Notes: generated from the sequence alone by a model not told the origin. 64,000 nucleotides of DNA from Clostridia bacterium (GCA_017501255.1 JAFVXE010000018.1:49950-113949); one strand, 5' to 3'. Shown: positions 10,049-20,116, numbered from the stretch's first letter. Translations and numbers: made by a program.

Positions 10049-10810
10049 ATGGCTGAACAGCGTGCCATCATCAAACAGCTTCTCCCCCACCTCTACCTGA
10101 TTGACGACGCAGGCGAAAGCACCTGCTATCTCATCGAAGGACAGACCCACGCCATGCTCATTGATACCGTCAACGGGCAGGAGGATCTCCGTGCCATCGT
10201 GGAAAAGCTCACCAAGCTGCCGGTGATCGTGGTCAACACCCACGGCCACGGCGACCACATTTTCGGCAATGTGTACTTTGACGAAGCATGGATGCACCCG
10301 GCAGATTTCCAGCTGGCGGAAATGTTCATGGATTACGCCAAGGAAGAAATGGCCAAGCAGGGCCTCAAGCCCTGCCCCCTCAAGCCCCTTGCCATCGGGC
10401 AGGTGTTTGATCTGGGCGACCTTGCGCTGGAAGTGGTGGCGCTGGACGGTCACACCCCCGGCTCCATCGGCATTCTGGACCGCAAGGACCGCATTCTCTT
10501 CACCGGCGACGGCGTCAACACCCACCTGTGGATGCAGCTGGAAGGCTGCTCCACTTTGGCAGAGCTGCGCCAGATGCTCATCAACCTGAAAGAGCAGCAC
10601 GGCAGCGAGTTTGACTACATCCTTCACGGCCACGATAAGGGCCTGCGGGAGGCCGTGGTGGTGGACTGGCTTATCAAGGGCTGCGATGACCTTCTGGCTG
10701 GCCGCACCGAAAACGACAAGCCCTACCACTACTTTGCCGGGGAATGCTTGCAGCATCCCATCAGCGATGTGGAGGGACAGGTGATTGTGTATAACAAGGA
10801 AATGCTGTAA
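10049..10810 (+). CDS. MBL-fold metallo-hydrolase
   Basis: 253 aa with the HGHGDH motif. RBS AGGAGG. Confidence 0.8.
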   Translation: MAEQRAIIKQLLPHLYLIDDAGESTCYLIEGQTHAMLIDTVNGQEDLRAIVEKLTKLPVIVVNTHGHGDHIFGNVYFDEAWMHPADFQLAEMFMDYAKEEMAKQGLKPCPLKPLAIGQVFDLGDLALEVVALDGHTPGSIGILDRKDRILFTGDGVNTHLWMQLEGCSTLAELRQMLINLKEQHGSEFDYILHGHDKGLREAVVVDWLIKGCDDLLAGRTENDKPYHYFAGECLQHPISDVEGQVIVYNKEML

Positions 10811-10891
10811 GGGTATTTCCCTGAAAATAAGAATGATTCTCTGCAAAAGCACCGTTGCCAAGCAATCTGGTAACGGTGCTTTTGTCATCCA

Positions 10892-11623
10892 TTATTCTGT
10901 TTCTTTCTCAAACCGCTGAATCCAGCCCACAATCTGCCCGGACAGAACCACCGTCAGAAGGCTCCAGGCGATTCGCCGCAAGGGGATATACGTCAGCGAC
11001 ATCAGCAGAACCGTCAGGTCGCTGACCAGATAGATATTCTGAACGCTCCAACCAAAACGCTTGTTCAGGCTCATAGCCAGGGCGTCATCCCCGCCGGGTG
11101 CGCCGCCGCCCAGCACGCTGAGCCCTGCGCCAACACCCACAAACACCGCCCCGATCAGTGCGCACCAAAGCGGTGAGGCAAGCATTCCCGGCCACAGCGG
11201 CGCAAAGGGCTCCATCAGGCGGTAGCACAGGGAATAAAAACACACCGAAACTGCCGAATAGGCCAGAAAGGTCTTGCCCAGCATACGCCAGCCCAGCAGG
11301 TAGCACCCCGCATTCAGCAGAAGGCTCGTCACGGCAGGGGATATGCCTGTCCAGTGATAGATCAGCAGCGTCAGACCCAGCGTGCCGCCCTCGGTCACAT
11401 CCGAAAAGGCGTGAATATTGCAGATCCCCACCGCCTGAATGAGGCTGCCTGCCAATACCAGCAGGATATTCCTTCCCTTCAGCAGCCGGAGGATTTCCCC
11501 TGCTGCCGCAAACAAACGTCGCAAATGTCTCAGTCCCTGTTTCCGTATTTGGCTGGCGTACTGGCTCAGCGTCCGCCTCTCCACTGCTTCTGCACCATCA
11601 GTACATCCTGCAATTTCACGCAC
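10892..11623 (-). CDS. YitT family membrane protein
   Basis: Multi-TM ORF with YitT-like sequence. The start is uncertain: the longest ORF overlaps the upstream gene by 58 nt, and an internal TTG is possible. Confidence 0.65.
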   Translation of the reverse strand: MREIAGCTDGAEAVERRTLSQYASQIRKQGLRHLRRLFAAAGEILRLLKGRNILLVLAGSLIQAVGICNIHAFSDVTEGGTLGLTLLIYHWTGISPAVTSLLLNAGCYLLGWRMLGKTFLAYSAVSVCFYSLCYRLMEPFAPLWPGMLASPLWCALIGAVFVGVGAGLSVLGGGAPGGDDALAMSLNKRFGWSVQNIYLVSDLTVLLMSLTYIPLRRIAWSLLTVVLSGQIVGWIQRFEKETE

Positions 11624-12156
11624 CGGCCGTCATCCTCAAAATCCAGCCGCACCACATAGGGCATCACATCCAGAATGCGCATGAAATGCTGGTAACCGAT
11701 GCTCCGGTCATAATAGTTCAGGATGGTGCTCAGGGCTGTGCCATGGGTGCCGATGGCGATGGTCTGGCCCCGGTATTTCTTCAATGCCCGTTCCAGCGCC
11801 GCCACATTGCGCTTCTGCACATCCGCCAGGCATTCCCCGTCCATGATGTGATAGGAGAAATCCTCCCACTGGGCACGGATGAAGCTGAGAAAATTCTCCC
11901 CGTGCCAGCCGCCGGCTTCCCGCTCCCGGAAGTCTGCATCCGTCTCAATGGGCAGCCCCAGCGTCTCCGCCAGATGGGTAACCGTCTGAATGGTGCGCTG
12001 GTACGGGCTGGACAGAATGTGGCTGATGCCCTTGCAGGACAGGCAGGCGGTGACCAAGTGGCTGTCCTTGAGCCCGGCTTCCGTGAGAGGACGGGCACGG
12101 TCATCATGGACGGTGGAATCCGATTGAGCGTGACGGATGAAGTATACCGTGGTCAT
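11566..12156 (-). CDS. histidine phosphatase family protein (phosphoglycerate mutase-like)
   Basis: RHAQS catalytic motif near the N-terminus. Start moved to ATG 12156, which has RBS AGGAGG. Confidence 0.8.
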   Translation of the reverse strand: MTTVYFIRHAQSDSTVHDDRARPLTEAGLKDSHLVTACLSCKGISHILSSPYQRTIQTVTHLAETLGLPIETDADFREREAGGWHGENFLSFIRAQWEDFSYHIMDGECLADVQKRNVAALERALKKYRGQTIAIGTHGTALSTILNYYDRSIGYQHFMRILDVMPYVVRLDFEDDGRCVKLQDVLMVQKQWRGGR

Positions 12157-12243
12157 GGTTTCGCCTCCTTGCTTGGGGTGGGTGAGAGATGGCAATCCAA
12201 TTGAGCAAAGCCGGAGGGATTATCCCCCCGGCCTTTGATTGTC

Positions 12244-13632
12244 TTACTTTCCAGCTTCCACCATAAAGGCACGGTAAGCCTTCACAGCTTCGTACAGGTC
12301 AGCCTTGCTGATGATCTCCTCGGGGGCGTGCATACTCAGCACTGCCACGCCGGAGTCCACCACTTCCATGCCGTAGAGGGCGCAGATATAGGCGATGGTG
12401 CCGCCGCCGCCCACATCCACCTTGCCCAGCTCGGCGGTCTGCCAGCAGACGTTGTTATCATCCATGATCTTGCGCAGACGGGCCAGGTATTCGGGGTTGG
12501 CATCATTGGAGCCGGACTTGCCGCGGCTGCCGGTGAATTTGTTGTAGCACACGCCACGGCCCAGCATGGCGGCGTTCTTCTTTTCAAAAGCAGCGGCGTA
12601 GAGGGGATCATAGCCGGCGCTTACATCGCAGCTGAGCATACGGCTGCTGGCCAGCGCACGGCGCAGGCGCAGGTCGCTGTAGTTGCCGGTGAGGGCGATC
12701 ATCTCAGCCATGGCATTTTCGAAATAGTGAGCCTGCATACCGGTGGCGCCCACGCTGCCGATCTCTTCCTTATCGGCAAAGAGGCAGCAGCAGGTATAGG
12801 CCGGGGCTTCGGTGATGGACAGGATGGCTTCCAACGCAGCATAGGCGCACACACGGTCATCGTGACCATAGCCCATGATCATGCTGCGGTCCAGACCGAA
12901 ATCCCGGGCCTTGCCAGCAGGCACAGCCTCGATTTCCGCAGAGAGCAGATCCTCTTCCTCAATATCGTACTTTTCCTTGAGGATCTTGAGCAGGGTTGCC
13001 TTCACCGGCTCCTTTTCCTCATCCTTCAGGGGCTGACCGCACAGGATGATATCCAGCCCTTCGCCGGTGATCACCTCGGAGGCCTTCTTGCCCATCTGCT
13101 CGGCGGCAAGGTGAATCAGCAGATCGCTGACGCCCACCACCGGGTCGTCGGGGTCTTCACCGATGACGATGTTCACCTTGGTGCCGTCCTTCTTGCACAC
13201 CACGCCATGCAGCGCCAGCGCACGGGCCACCCACTGGTACTTCTTGATGCCGCCGTAGTAGTGGGTATCGGCATAGGCAAAATCGGTATCCTCATAGAAG
13301 GGGTTTTGCTTCAGGTCGATGCGGGGGGAGTCGGTGTGGGCGCCCACGATGTTGATGCCCTCATCCAGCGGATGCTGGCCCAGCAGGAACAGCATCACGG
13401 CCTTGTCCATGCAGTTCACATACACCTTGTCGCCGGGGTTGAGGGGCTTACCGGCCTTGATGGCATCCTTCAGGTCGATATAGCCGGCGGCCTTGGCCAT
13501 ATCAATGGCGGTCAGGGCGCATTCCCGCTCGGTTTTACCGGCGTCCAGAAAGGCTTTGTAGTTTCTGCTGGTATTCTCCACAGCCGCCAGAGCGGCTTCA
13601 TCATAGGTTTTCCATGCGTTGGGGCGTTCCAT
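12244..13632 (-). CDS. M18 family aminopeptidase
   Basis: 462 aa with the GAHTDSPRIDLK motif and overall aminopeptidase-1-like sequence. Confidence 0.85.
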   Translation of the reverse strand: MERPNAWKTYDEAALAAVENTSRNYKAFLDAGKTERECALTAIDMAKAAGYIDLKDAIKAGKPLNPGDKVYVNCMDKAVMLFLLGQHPLDEGINIVGAHTDSPRIDLKQNPFYEDTDFAYADTHYYGGIKKYQWVARALALHGVVCKKDGTKVNIVIGEDPDDPVVGVSDLLIHLAAEQMGKKASEVITGEGLDIILCGQPLKDEEKEPVKATLLKILKEKYDIEEEDLLSAEIEAVPAGKARDFGLDRSMIMGYGHDDRVCAYAALEAILSITEAPAYTCCCLFADKEEIGSVGATGMQAHYFENAMAEMIALTGNYSDLRLRRALASSRMLSCDVSAGYDPLYAAAFEKKNAAMLGRGVCYNKFTGSRGKSGSNDANPEYLARLRKIMDDNNVCWQTAELGKVDVGGGGTIAYICALYGMEVVDSGVAVLSMHAPEEIISKADLYEAVKAYRAFMVEAGK

Positions 13633-13738
13633 ATGCTTTTTCCTCCATATTGATGCGCCGTAGGGCGCTTTGTTCTGGTTCTATGATACCGCTGTTTGGG
13701 AGTACCGTCAAGCCGGGGCTGCACAGAGGAAACGGCCT

Positions 13739-14122
13739 TCACTCCGTCAGCTCGATCAGGTTGCCCTCCACCGCCACCACGCAGCTTTCGTAGTAGCCGT
13801 CGCCGGTGGTACGAGGGCCGCTGATGACCTGATAACCGTCTTTTTGAAGCTGCCGGGTCAGTTCATCCACCATCATCCGGCTGCCAAGAGAAAAGGCCAC
13901 ATGTGCGTAGCCGGTGCGGTTCTGGGGCTTGGGCAGATCGTCCATGCCGGGCTTTTGCATGATTTCCAGCTGTGTACCACTGCCAAAGGTGAGGAAATAG
14001 GAACGGAAATCCGTGCGGGGGTTGTGGTAGCCGTCGTTGGATACTGCGCCCAGATAGGTTGTGAAGAACAGGCGGGCGGCTTCCAAGTCGTTGACGTAGA
14101 GGGCGGTGTGGTGGATGCGCAT
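13739..14122 (-). CDS. VOC (glyoxalase/bleomycin-resistance) family protein
   Basis: 127 aa with an N-terminal MRIHHTALYVNDLE, typical of VOC proteins. Confidence 0.8.
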   Translation of the reverse strand: MRIHHTALYVNDLEAARLFFTTYLGAVSNDGYHNPRTDFRSYFLTFGSGTQLEIMQKPGMDDLPKPQNRTGYAHVAFSLGSRMMVDELTRQLQKDGYQVISGPRTTGDGYYESCVVAVEGNLIELTE

Positions 14123-14154
14123 GGTGTTGCTCCTTTCAGTGCCATTACAGAAAA

Positions 14155-14355
14155 GGGGATGGGTCGCCCCATCCCCCGCAGACTGTCAAAGAACCCCTCG
14201 GAGGTATCGGAGGGGCGCACCCCTCCGATGGTTTTCCGAAACCGGCGGCAAACGGCGAGCCGAAGGCTTGTAGGCAAACGGTGCAAACCTCGTCAAAAAA
14301 GCCGCCGAAGGCGTGTTTTTTGACGACCTGAAGGGGATGGGTTGCCCCATCCCCC
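14155..14355. repeat. paired GC-rich palindromic hairpin module
   Basis: GGGGATGGGTCGCCCCATCCCC (14155-14176) and GGGGATGGGTTGCCCCATCCCC (14333-14354) flank ~155 bp that holds a 24-nt palindrome (14205-14228). Confidence 0.55.
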
Positions 14356-14362
14356 GATCGAT

Positions 14363-15694
14363 TCAATTGGTGGTTTCAGCAGCGGCTGCATCCTCCGGTG
14401 CCGCTTCCTCCAACGCCCGGATATGCCGGATATTCCGAAACACCACACACACCGCCACTCCGGCAAAGCCGATAATCATATACAGCAGCGCTGCGCCGCT
14501 GCCCTTGCCGGTTCCGAACAGGCTCACCAGCAGCCGGGAATCCGTCCGGGCCATCAGCGGCTCGAACACATTGTCCACCAAGACGCCGCCCAGCAGGTAG
14601 CCCAGCGGGATGGTGAAGAATTGCAGGCTGTTGCGCACCGAGTACACCCGGCCCTGCAATTCCGTGGGAATGTGGCTGCGCATGATCACATTCAGGTTGG
14701 CGTTCATCAGAGGAATCACCAGCCAGCCCAGCACAGCGCCCACATACCAGACCCACGGACTGCGGCCCAGCGCCAGCAGGAAGTTTTCCGTGCTCATGGA
14801 GATGAACAGGGTGTTGCAGACGGTTTTCACCCGGCTTTTGGGGGCGGGCAGCAGGGTCACGATCAGGCTGCCGATCAGCGTGGCGATGCCGGTGATGCTG
14901 TTCAGGGTGCCCAGCACCATTTCGCCGCCAAAGGGGCGGGAGAGCACCAGTGCAGGCAAAGCTGCATTGAAGATCGAAGCAATCAGATTGATGCCTGCCA
15001 GAAAGAAGATCAGCCACAGAATGCCGGGATTCTGGAAAAGCCAGCTGAGTCCCGCTTTGGCCGAGGTCAGAATGCCCTCCTTCTTTTCCTGCGGCTTTTC
15101 CACCTCCGGGATGCGGATGAGGAACATCAGCGACAGGAAGGCTGCCCCGAAGGTGATCAGGTCAAAGAAGATGACCGATTCCACCCCCAGCAGCGTCACC
15201 AGCGCCGTGGCGAATACCGGCGTCAGGATGGTGACCAGCGAGTTGGAGAAGGACCGAAGCCCGCTGACCTTCTGAAAATGCTCCTCCGGGGTGAGCAGAT
15301 TCACCGCCACATCCGCCGCAGGGGACTGAACGGTGTTCATCAGGCCGTTGAGGGCATTGAGGGCGTACAGATGCCACGCCTGAAGCTGCTGTGTGCGAAG
15401 CAGGTACAGCACCGCCACCGTACACACCGCCGCCAGGGTATCGCAGACCAGCAGCACGGTTTTTTTGTTCCACCGGTCGCTGATGGCTCCGGCAAAGATG
15501 CTCATGAGCACATAGGGCGCATAGGAACAGACCGTCAGCAGCGCCGTTGTCAGGGCAGAGCCGGTACGGTTGTACAGCCAGATGACCAGCGCAAAGTTGG
15601 TCATGGCGCTGCCCAGCGCAGAAAAGGACTGGGTCAGCCACAGGATGAAGAATTGTTTCAGATCAGAAAAGGTTTGTTTGAATGAGTTTTTCAT
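14363..15694 (-). CDS. MFS transporter (drug/macrolide efflux-like)
   Basis: 12-TM ORF. Start moved to ATG 15694 (MKNSFKQ), which has an RBS. The N-terminal extension in the track lacks support. Confidence 0.8.
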   Translation of the reverse strand: MKNSFKQTFSDLKQFFILWLTQSFSALGSAMTNFALVIWLYNRTGSALTTALLTVCSYAPYVLMSIFAGAISDRWNKKTVLLVCDTLAAVCTVAVLYLLRTQQLQAWHLYALNALNGLMNTVQSPAADVAVNLLTPEEHFQKVSGLRSFSNSLVTILTPVFATALVTLLGVESVIFFDLITFGAAFLSLMFLIRIPEVEKPQEKKEGILTSAKAGLSWLFQNPGILWLIFFLAGINLIASIFNAALPALVLSRPFGGEMVLGTLNSITGIATLIGSLIVTLLPAPKSRVKTVCNTLFISMSTENFLLALGRSPWVWYVGAVLGWLVIPLMNANLNVIMRSHIPTELQGRVYSVRNSLQFFTIPLGYLLGGVLVDNVFEPLMARTDSRLLVSLFGTGKGSGAALLYMIIGFAGVAVCVVFRNIRHIRALEEAAPEDAAAAETTN

Positions 15695-15767
15695 GGTTTT
15701 CCTTGCTCCTTTGGTTTCAGGGTTGACCCTTCTCACACGGGGCAAGGCAGACGGCCTGAATCAGGGT

Positions 15768-15806
15768 CTCCATGCAATGCCGCCTTATGCCTTGCATGGA
15801 GTTTTT
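15768..15806 (+). terminator. orphan intrinsic terminator-like hairpin
   Basis: 10-bp stem CTCCATGCAA/TTGCATGGAG followed by TTTTT. There is no plus-strand gene upstream. Confidence 0.4.
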
Positions 15807-16022
15807 GCAGTGGTCAACATCATCTGCTCTCAACTCCTTTGAATGGAATACTTTTATAGTATAGTAACAGCTGAGTTTTCTGTCAACGCAGCATGGGGCA
15901 GTTCACCAGCCTCCGTTCATCCCCGATCAAATAAACGCCGTTTTTCATTCTTTTTCACTGGACATCCACCCGTCTTTTGGGTATGATGAAGCTACCAATC
16001 CCCCAGTAAAGGAGAACAAACG

Positions 16023-17156
16023 ATGAAATACGTACCTTTCGGCAAGCACGGTTTTGATGTATCCCGGCTGGGCATGGGCTGTATGCGCCTGCCCACCACA
16101 CAGCAGGACGGCAAGACGGTCATCGACCGGGAAGCCGCCATCGCCATGATCCGCCACGGCATTGATCAGGGCATCAACTATGTGGATACCGCCTACCCCT
16201 ACCACGACGGCGAAAGCGAGCTGGTGGTGGGTCAGGCCCTGAAGGACGGCTACCGGGAGCAGGTGAAGCTGGCCACCAAGCTGCCCATCTGGCTGGTGAA
16301 GGAAGAGAAGGACATGAACCGCCTTCTGGACGAGCAGCTGAAAAAGCTGGATGTGGCGTATATCGACTTCTATCTGCTCCACGCCATGAACAAGGAGCGC
16401 ATGGAATTGATGCGCTCCCTGAACTACAAGAAGTTTTTCAAAGAAGCCATCGCTGACGGACGCATCCGCCACGCCGCCTTCTCCTTCCACGATGACAAGG
16501 ACTGCTTCCTGGACATCCTCCACGATTACGACAACTGGGGTCTGGCCCAGATTCAGTACAACTATCTGGACGATGACAAGCAGGCCACCGAGGAAGGCCT
16601 GAAAGCTGCCGGTAAGGCGGGTGTGCCGCTGGTGATCATGGAGCCCCTCCGTGGCGGTGCGCTGGCCAATCCCCCTGCCGATGTGAAGCAGCTGATGGAT
16701 TCCACCGACCGCAGCCCCGTGGAATGGGCCTTCGCCTACATTGCCGACTATGCCGAGGTGGCCACCATCCTCAGCGGCATGAGCAGCATGGAGCAGCTCA
16801 ATGACAATCTGGCCATTTTCGACCGCCTCACCGTGGGCGGCCTGACCGAAGCGGATAAAGCCCTCGTCAAGCAGCTGAAAGAAACCTATCTGGCCCGTGT
16901 GCCCATTGGCTGCACCGGCTGCCGCTACTGCGTGCCCTGCCCCAACGATGTATTCATTCCTTCCATTTTCCACTCCTACAACGAAAACGCCATGCTGGGT
17001 CAGGATTGGAAGCACAGCTGGGGCTACGGCAATCTGGTGAAGGATGGTCACGATGCCTCCAAGTGCGTTGGCTGCGGCGCCTGCGAAGCCCAGTGTCCCC
17101 AGAGCCTGCCCATTATGGAGCTGCTTGCCAGGATTGACGGGGAATACAACAAATAA
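16023..17156 (+). CDS. aldo/keto reductase with C-terminal 4Fe-4S domain
   Basis: 377 aa with an AKR N-terminus (GMGCMRL). Two CxxCxxCxxxCP ferredoxin-type motifs at the C-terminus. Confidence 0.85.
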   Translation: MKYVPFGKHGFDVSRLGMGCMRLPTTQQDGKTVIDREAAIAMIRHGIDQGINYVDTAYPYHDGESELVVGQALKDGYREQVKLATKLPIWLVKEEKDMNRLLDEQLKKLDVAYIDFYLLHAMNKERMELMRSLNYKKFFKEAIADGRIRHAAFSFHDDKDCFLDILHDYDNWGLAQIQYNYLDDDKQATEEGLKAAGKAGVPLVIMEPLRGGALANPPADVKQLMDSTDRSPVEWAFAYIADYAEVATILSGMSSMEQLNDNLAIFDRLTVGGLTEADKALVKQLKETYLARVPIGCTGCRYCVPCPNDVFIPSIFHSYNENAMLGQDWKHSWGYGNLVKDGHDASKCVGCGACEAQCPQSLPIMELLARIDGEYNK

Positions 17157-17180
17157 TCCAAAACGGTTACTTTGACTGCC

Positions 17181-17221
17181 GGGAGCTGCCCAAGAAGAAT
17201 TTTTGTGGCAGCTCCTTTTTC
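17181..17221 (+). terminator. rho-independent terminator
   Basis: GGGAGCTGCC/GGCAGCTCC stem followed by TTTTTC, just after the AKR stop. Confidence 0.7.
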
Positions 17222-17453
17222 TGTCCGTGCCCTCTCCCCCTTCTCTCCTGTTCTCCCATTGCTCGCCCAAAAATCCTCCCCGGTACTCTTGCCAAATGTG
17301 CCACAAAGCGGTACAATAGCTTTATGCACAGGCAGCGAAACCGGCTGCCTACCGATCATCAGGCAGGAAAATTCAGCCGGATGCAGCATCTGCGCCTGCT
17401 TTTTCCCCACAAATCCAACGGCTCCCATGCCATTATTGTAAGGAGGAACCGCT

Positions 17454-18011
17454 ATGTATCGTCAGGTCATTGATACCGCTGCTGAAAAAATGCAGAAAAC
17501 CACTTCCGTTCTCCAGAGCGACCTTCGCACCATCCGTGCCGGCCGCGCCAATCCCCAGCTGCTGGAACGTGTTGTCGTAGACTACTACGGCGTGCAGACC
17601 CCCCTCACCCAGATGGGAAACATCACCGCTCCCGAACCCCGTATGCTGGTTATCAGCGTTTGGGATCAGAAGGCGCTGCCCCTGGTGGAAAAGGCCATCA
17701 TCAAGAGCGATTTGGGCCTGAACCCCTCCAACGACGGCAAGATCATCCGTCTGGTGATTCCCGAACTGAACGAGGAACGCCGCAAGGAGCTGACCAAGTT
17801 GGTCCGCAAGACCGTTGAGGAAGCCAAGGTGGCTGTCCGCTCCATCCGCCGCGATGCCATGGATCAGATCAAGAAGCTGGAAAAGAACAGCGAAATCACC
17901 GAGGACGACCGCACCAAGGCCGAGAAGAAGATGCAGGACAAGACCGATGAGGCCATCAAGGGCATCGATGCCATCGGCGCCCAGAAAGAAAAGGAAATCA
18001 TGGAGGTGTAA
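17454..18011 (+). CDS. frr: ribosome recycling factor
   Basis: 185 aa, unmistakable Frr sequence. RBS AGGAGG. Confidence 0.95.
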   Translation: MYRQVIDTAAEKMQKTTSVLQSDLRTIRAGRANPQLLERVVVDYYGVQTPLTQMGNITAPEPRMLVISVWDQKALPLVEKAIIKSDLGLNPSNDGKIIRLVIPELNEERRKELTKLVRKTVEEAKVAVRSIRRDAMDQIKKLEKNSEITEDDRTKAEKKMQDKTDEAIKGIDAIGAQKEKEIMEV

Positions 18012-18109
18012 GCCTTCTCTTGTCCCAAAGAGCCAAACGTGCTCTTTGGGACAATCTGCATTTCCGGCTTTTTCCATATTTTCATTTTCAATAAGGAGCG
18101 TAACCCATT

Positions 18110-18388
18110 ATGCAGCAAACCTTTGAGCATCTGCTGGGGCTGCCCACCCAGGCTGCGCTGGCCATTTTAGCCTCCAGCGGCATCACCGGCGTGGATGTGG
18201 TGCCCACCGCTGCCCCGCCCAAGCGTCAGCCCGGGCCGGATGAGCTTCTGCGCAGCGATGCGGGCGAAATGCAGGGATACGCCTCCACCCGGGTAGTTGC
18301 CGTGGAGGAGGACGGGCGGCGGCTGATCGTTTCCCGTTTTCTGGTAGCCGTCCGCACCGATACCACCCCCAAGGAGGCAAAACCATGA
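18110..18388 (+). CDS. small hypothetical protein
   Basis: 92 aa. RBS AGGAG before the ATG. Its stop overlaps the uppS start (ATGA) and the uppS RBS lies inside it. Confidence 0.5.
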   Translation: MQQTFEHLLGLPTQAALAILASSGITGVDVVPTAAPPKRQPGPDELLRSDAGEMQGYASTRVVAVEEDGRRLIVSRFLVAVRTDTTPKEAKP

Positions 18389-19131
18389 CCGCCATTCGAT
18401 ACCCCCTGCCGGAAACCATCGACCCGGAACGTCTGCCCCGGCACATTGCCATCATTATGGACGGCAACGGCCGCTGGGCCAAGAAAAACAAGCTGAAAAT
18501 CGCGCTGGGTCACCGGGCGGGCACGGAAAACCTCCGTGAGATCATCCGCAATTGCAGCGATATCGGCGTGAAAGCGCTGACCCTGTACGCCTTTTCCACC
18601 GAAAACTGGAACCGTTCCAAAACCGAAGTGGACGCTCTGATGCAGCTGATTCTGGACTTTTTCCACAGCGAGATTGATGAGTTGGATGAAAAGGGTGTGC
18701 GCATCCTGATTCTGGGCGACAAGTCCGGTCTGCCGGAGCCTCAGCGGGTGGTGCTGGAGGAAGCGGAAAACCGCACCGCTGCCAACACCGGCCTGAGCCT
18801 GAACATCGCCGTCAACTACGGCGGCCGGGCGGAGATCGTCCGGGCTGCCCAGCAGCTGGCAGCAGAGGTTGCCGCCGGTGAGCGCACCGTGGAAAGCATC
18901 GACGAAGCCGCCATTGCCGACCATCTCTACACCAAGGGTCTGCCGGAAGTGGATCTGCTGATCCGCACCAGCGGCGAGATGCGACTGAGCAATTTCCTTT
19001 TGTACCAGTGCTCCTATGCGGAGTTTGTGTTCCCGGAGGAACTCTGGCCGGATTTCCACGTGCCCCAGCTGCACGCCTGCATCGAAACCTTCCAGAACCG
19101 TTCCCGCCGGTATGGCGGCCGGGAAGAATGA
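18385..19131 (+). CDS. uppS: isoprenyl transferase (undecaprenyl diphosphate synthase)
   Basis: 248 aa with the IIMDGNGRWA motif. Confidence 0.95.
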   Translation: MTAIRYPLPETIDPERLPRHIAIIMDGNGRWAKKNKLKIALGHRAGTENLREIIRNCSDIGVKALTLYAFSTENWNRSKTEVDALMQLILDFFHSEIDELDEKGVRILILGDKSGLPEPQRVVLEEAENRTAANTGLSLNIAVNYGGRAEIVRAAQQLAAEVAAGERTVESIDEAAIADHLYTKGLPEVDLLIRTSGEMRLSNFLLYQCSYAEFVFPEELWPDFHVPQLHACIETFQNRSRRYGGREE

Positions 19132-19222
19132 TGGATAAAGAGGCCGGGCGCAAGGGAAGTACCTCCCTGCCGGGGTGCGGAACAGCGCCCCGCCATTTTC
19201 CCCTTTCAAAGGAGAACCGAAG

Positions 19223-20098
19223 ATGAGCGAAACCAAGACCCCCGAAACCATCGGGGCCAACGAAAAAAAGAAAAAAAGCGGCTTTGTGCAGCGGGTGATC
19301 ACCGGCGTGATTCTCATTGCCCTGCTGACGCTGATCCTGTGGGCCGGCGGCTGGGTGTTTGCGCTGGTGGCCTGCGTGTGCGTCGGCATTGCCATCCATG
19401 AAATGCACAACGCCCTGCGCACCGGCGGCTATCATCCGGTGAGCTGGGTGGCCTATGCCGGCCTTGTTTGCAGCATTCCGCTGATGATGTTCTACTCTGC
19501 CCAGGCCATGATCCCTGTGCTGGTTACGCTGTGTTTCTGCGTGCTGTTTCAGGTGGTGCGCCGGGAGGAACCCAATCTGCCGGATGTGCTGGTCAGCGTG
19601 ATGCCCCTGATGAGCATCGTGTTCCCGGCCATGTGCCTGATCGGCCTGTTGGATACCCAGCCCCGCGGCTTGCAGCTGATGATGCTGATCATGGTATTTG
19701 GCATTGCGGTGGGCGGCGATACGCTGGCCTATTTTGTGGGCAGCAGCGTGGGCGGCCCCAAGCTGTGCCCCAAGGTAAGCCCCAACAAGACCATTTCCGG
19801 CTCTGTGGGCGGCCTTTTTGGCAGCGTGGTGGTGGCGTTCATCGTGGGCCGTATCTTTGCGGCGGCTGTGCCGGATATGGCGGTGAAAGCGCCTATCTGG
19901 GGCGATCTGCTGGTGGGTCTCATCGGCGGCGTTGCCGGTCAGCTGGGCGATCTGTTTGCCTCGCTGGTAAAGCGCCATTGCAAGGTGAAGGACTACGGCA
20001 CCATCTTCCCCGGCCACGGCGGCATGATGGATCGTCTGGACAGCATTTTCTTTGTGGCGATCATCGTGTACTGCTACCGGGTCATCCTGCTGGCATAA
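19223..20098 (+). CDS. cdsA: phosphatidate cytidylyltransferase
   Basis: Multi-TM with the C-terminal CdsA signature (KRxxxxKDxGxxxPGHGGxxDRxDS). Start at ATG 19223 with RBS GGAG. Confidence 0.9.
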   Translation: MSETKTPETIGANEKKKKSGFVQRVITGVILIALLTLILWAGGWVFALVACVCVGIAIHEMHNALRTGGYHPVSWVAYAGLVCSIPLMMFYSAQAMIPVLVTLCFCVLFQVVRREEPNLPDVLVSVMPLMSIVFPAMCLIGLLDTQPRGLQLMMLIMVFGIAVGGDTLAYFVGSSVGGPKLCPKVSPNKTISGSVGGLFGSVVVAFIVGRIFAAAVPDMAVKAPIWGDLLVGLIGGVAGQLGDLFASLVKRHCKVKDYGTIFPGHGGMMDRLDSIFFVAIIVYCYRVILLA

Positions 20099-20116
20099 CG
20101 GAAAGGAGTTGCTCCT

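Noticed and set aside
17289-17453. Possible attenuator or riboswitch in the frr leader (promoter TTGCCA-17-TACAAT followed by hairpins and a T-run).
   Set aside because: The stems are short (4-7 bp) and resemble no known motif. I could not build mutually exclusive structures.
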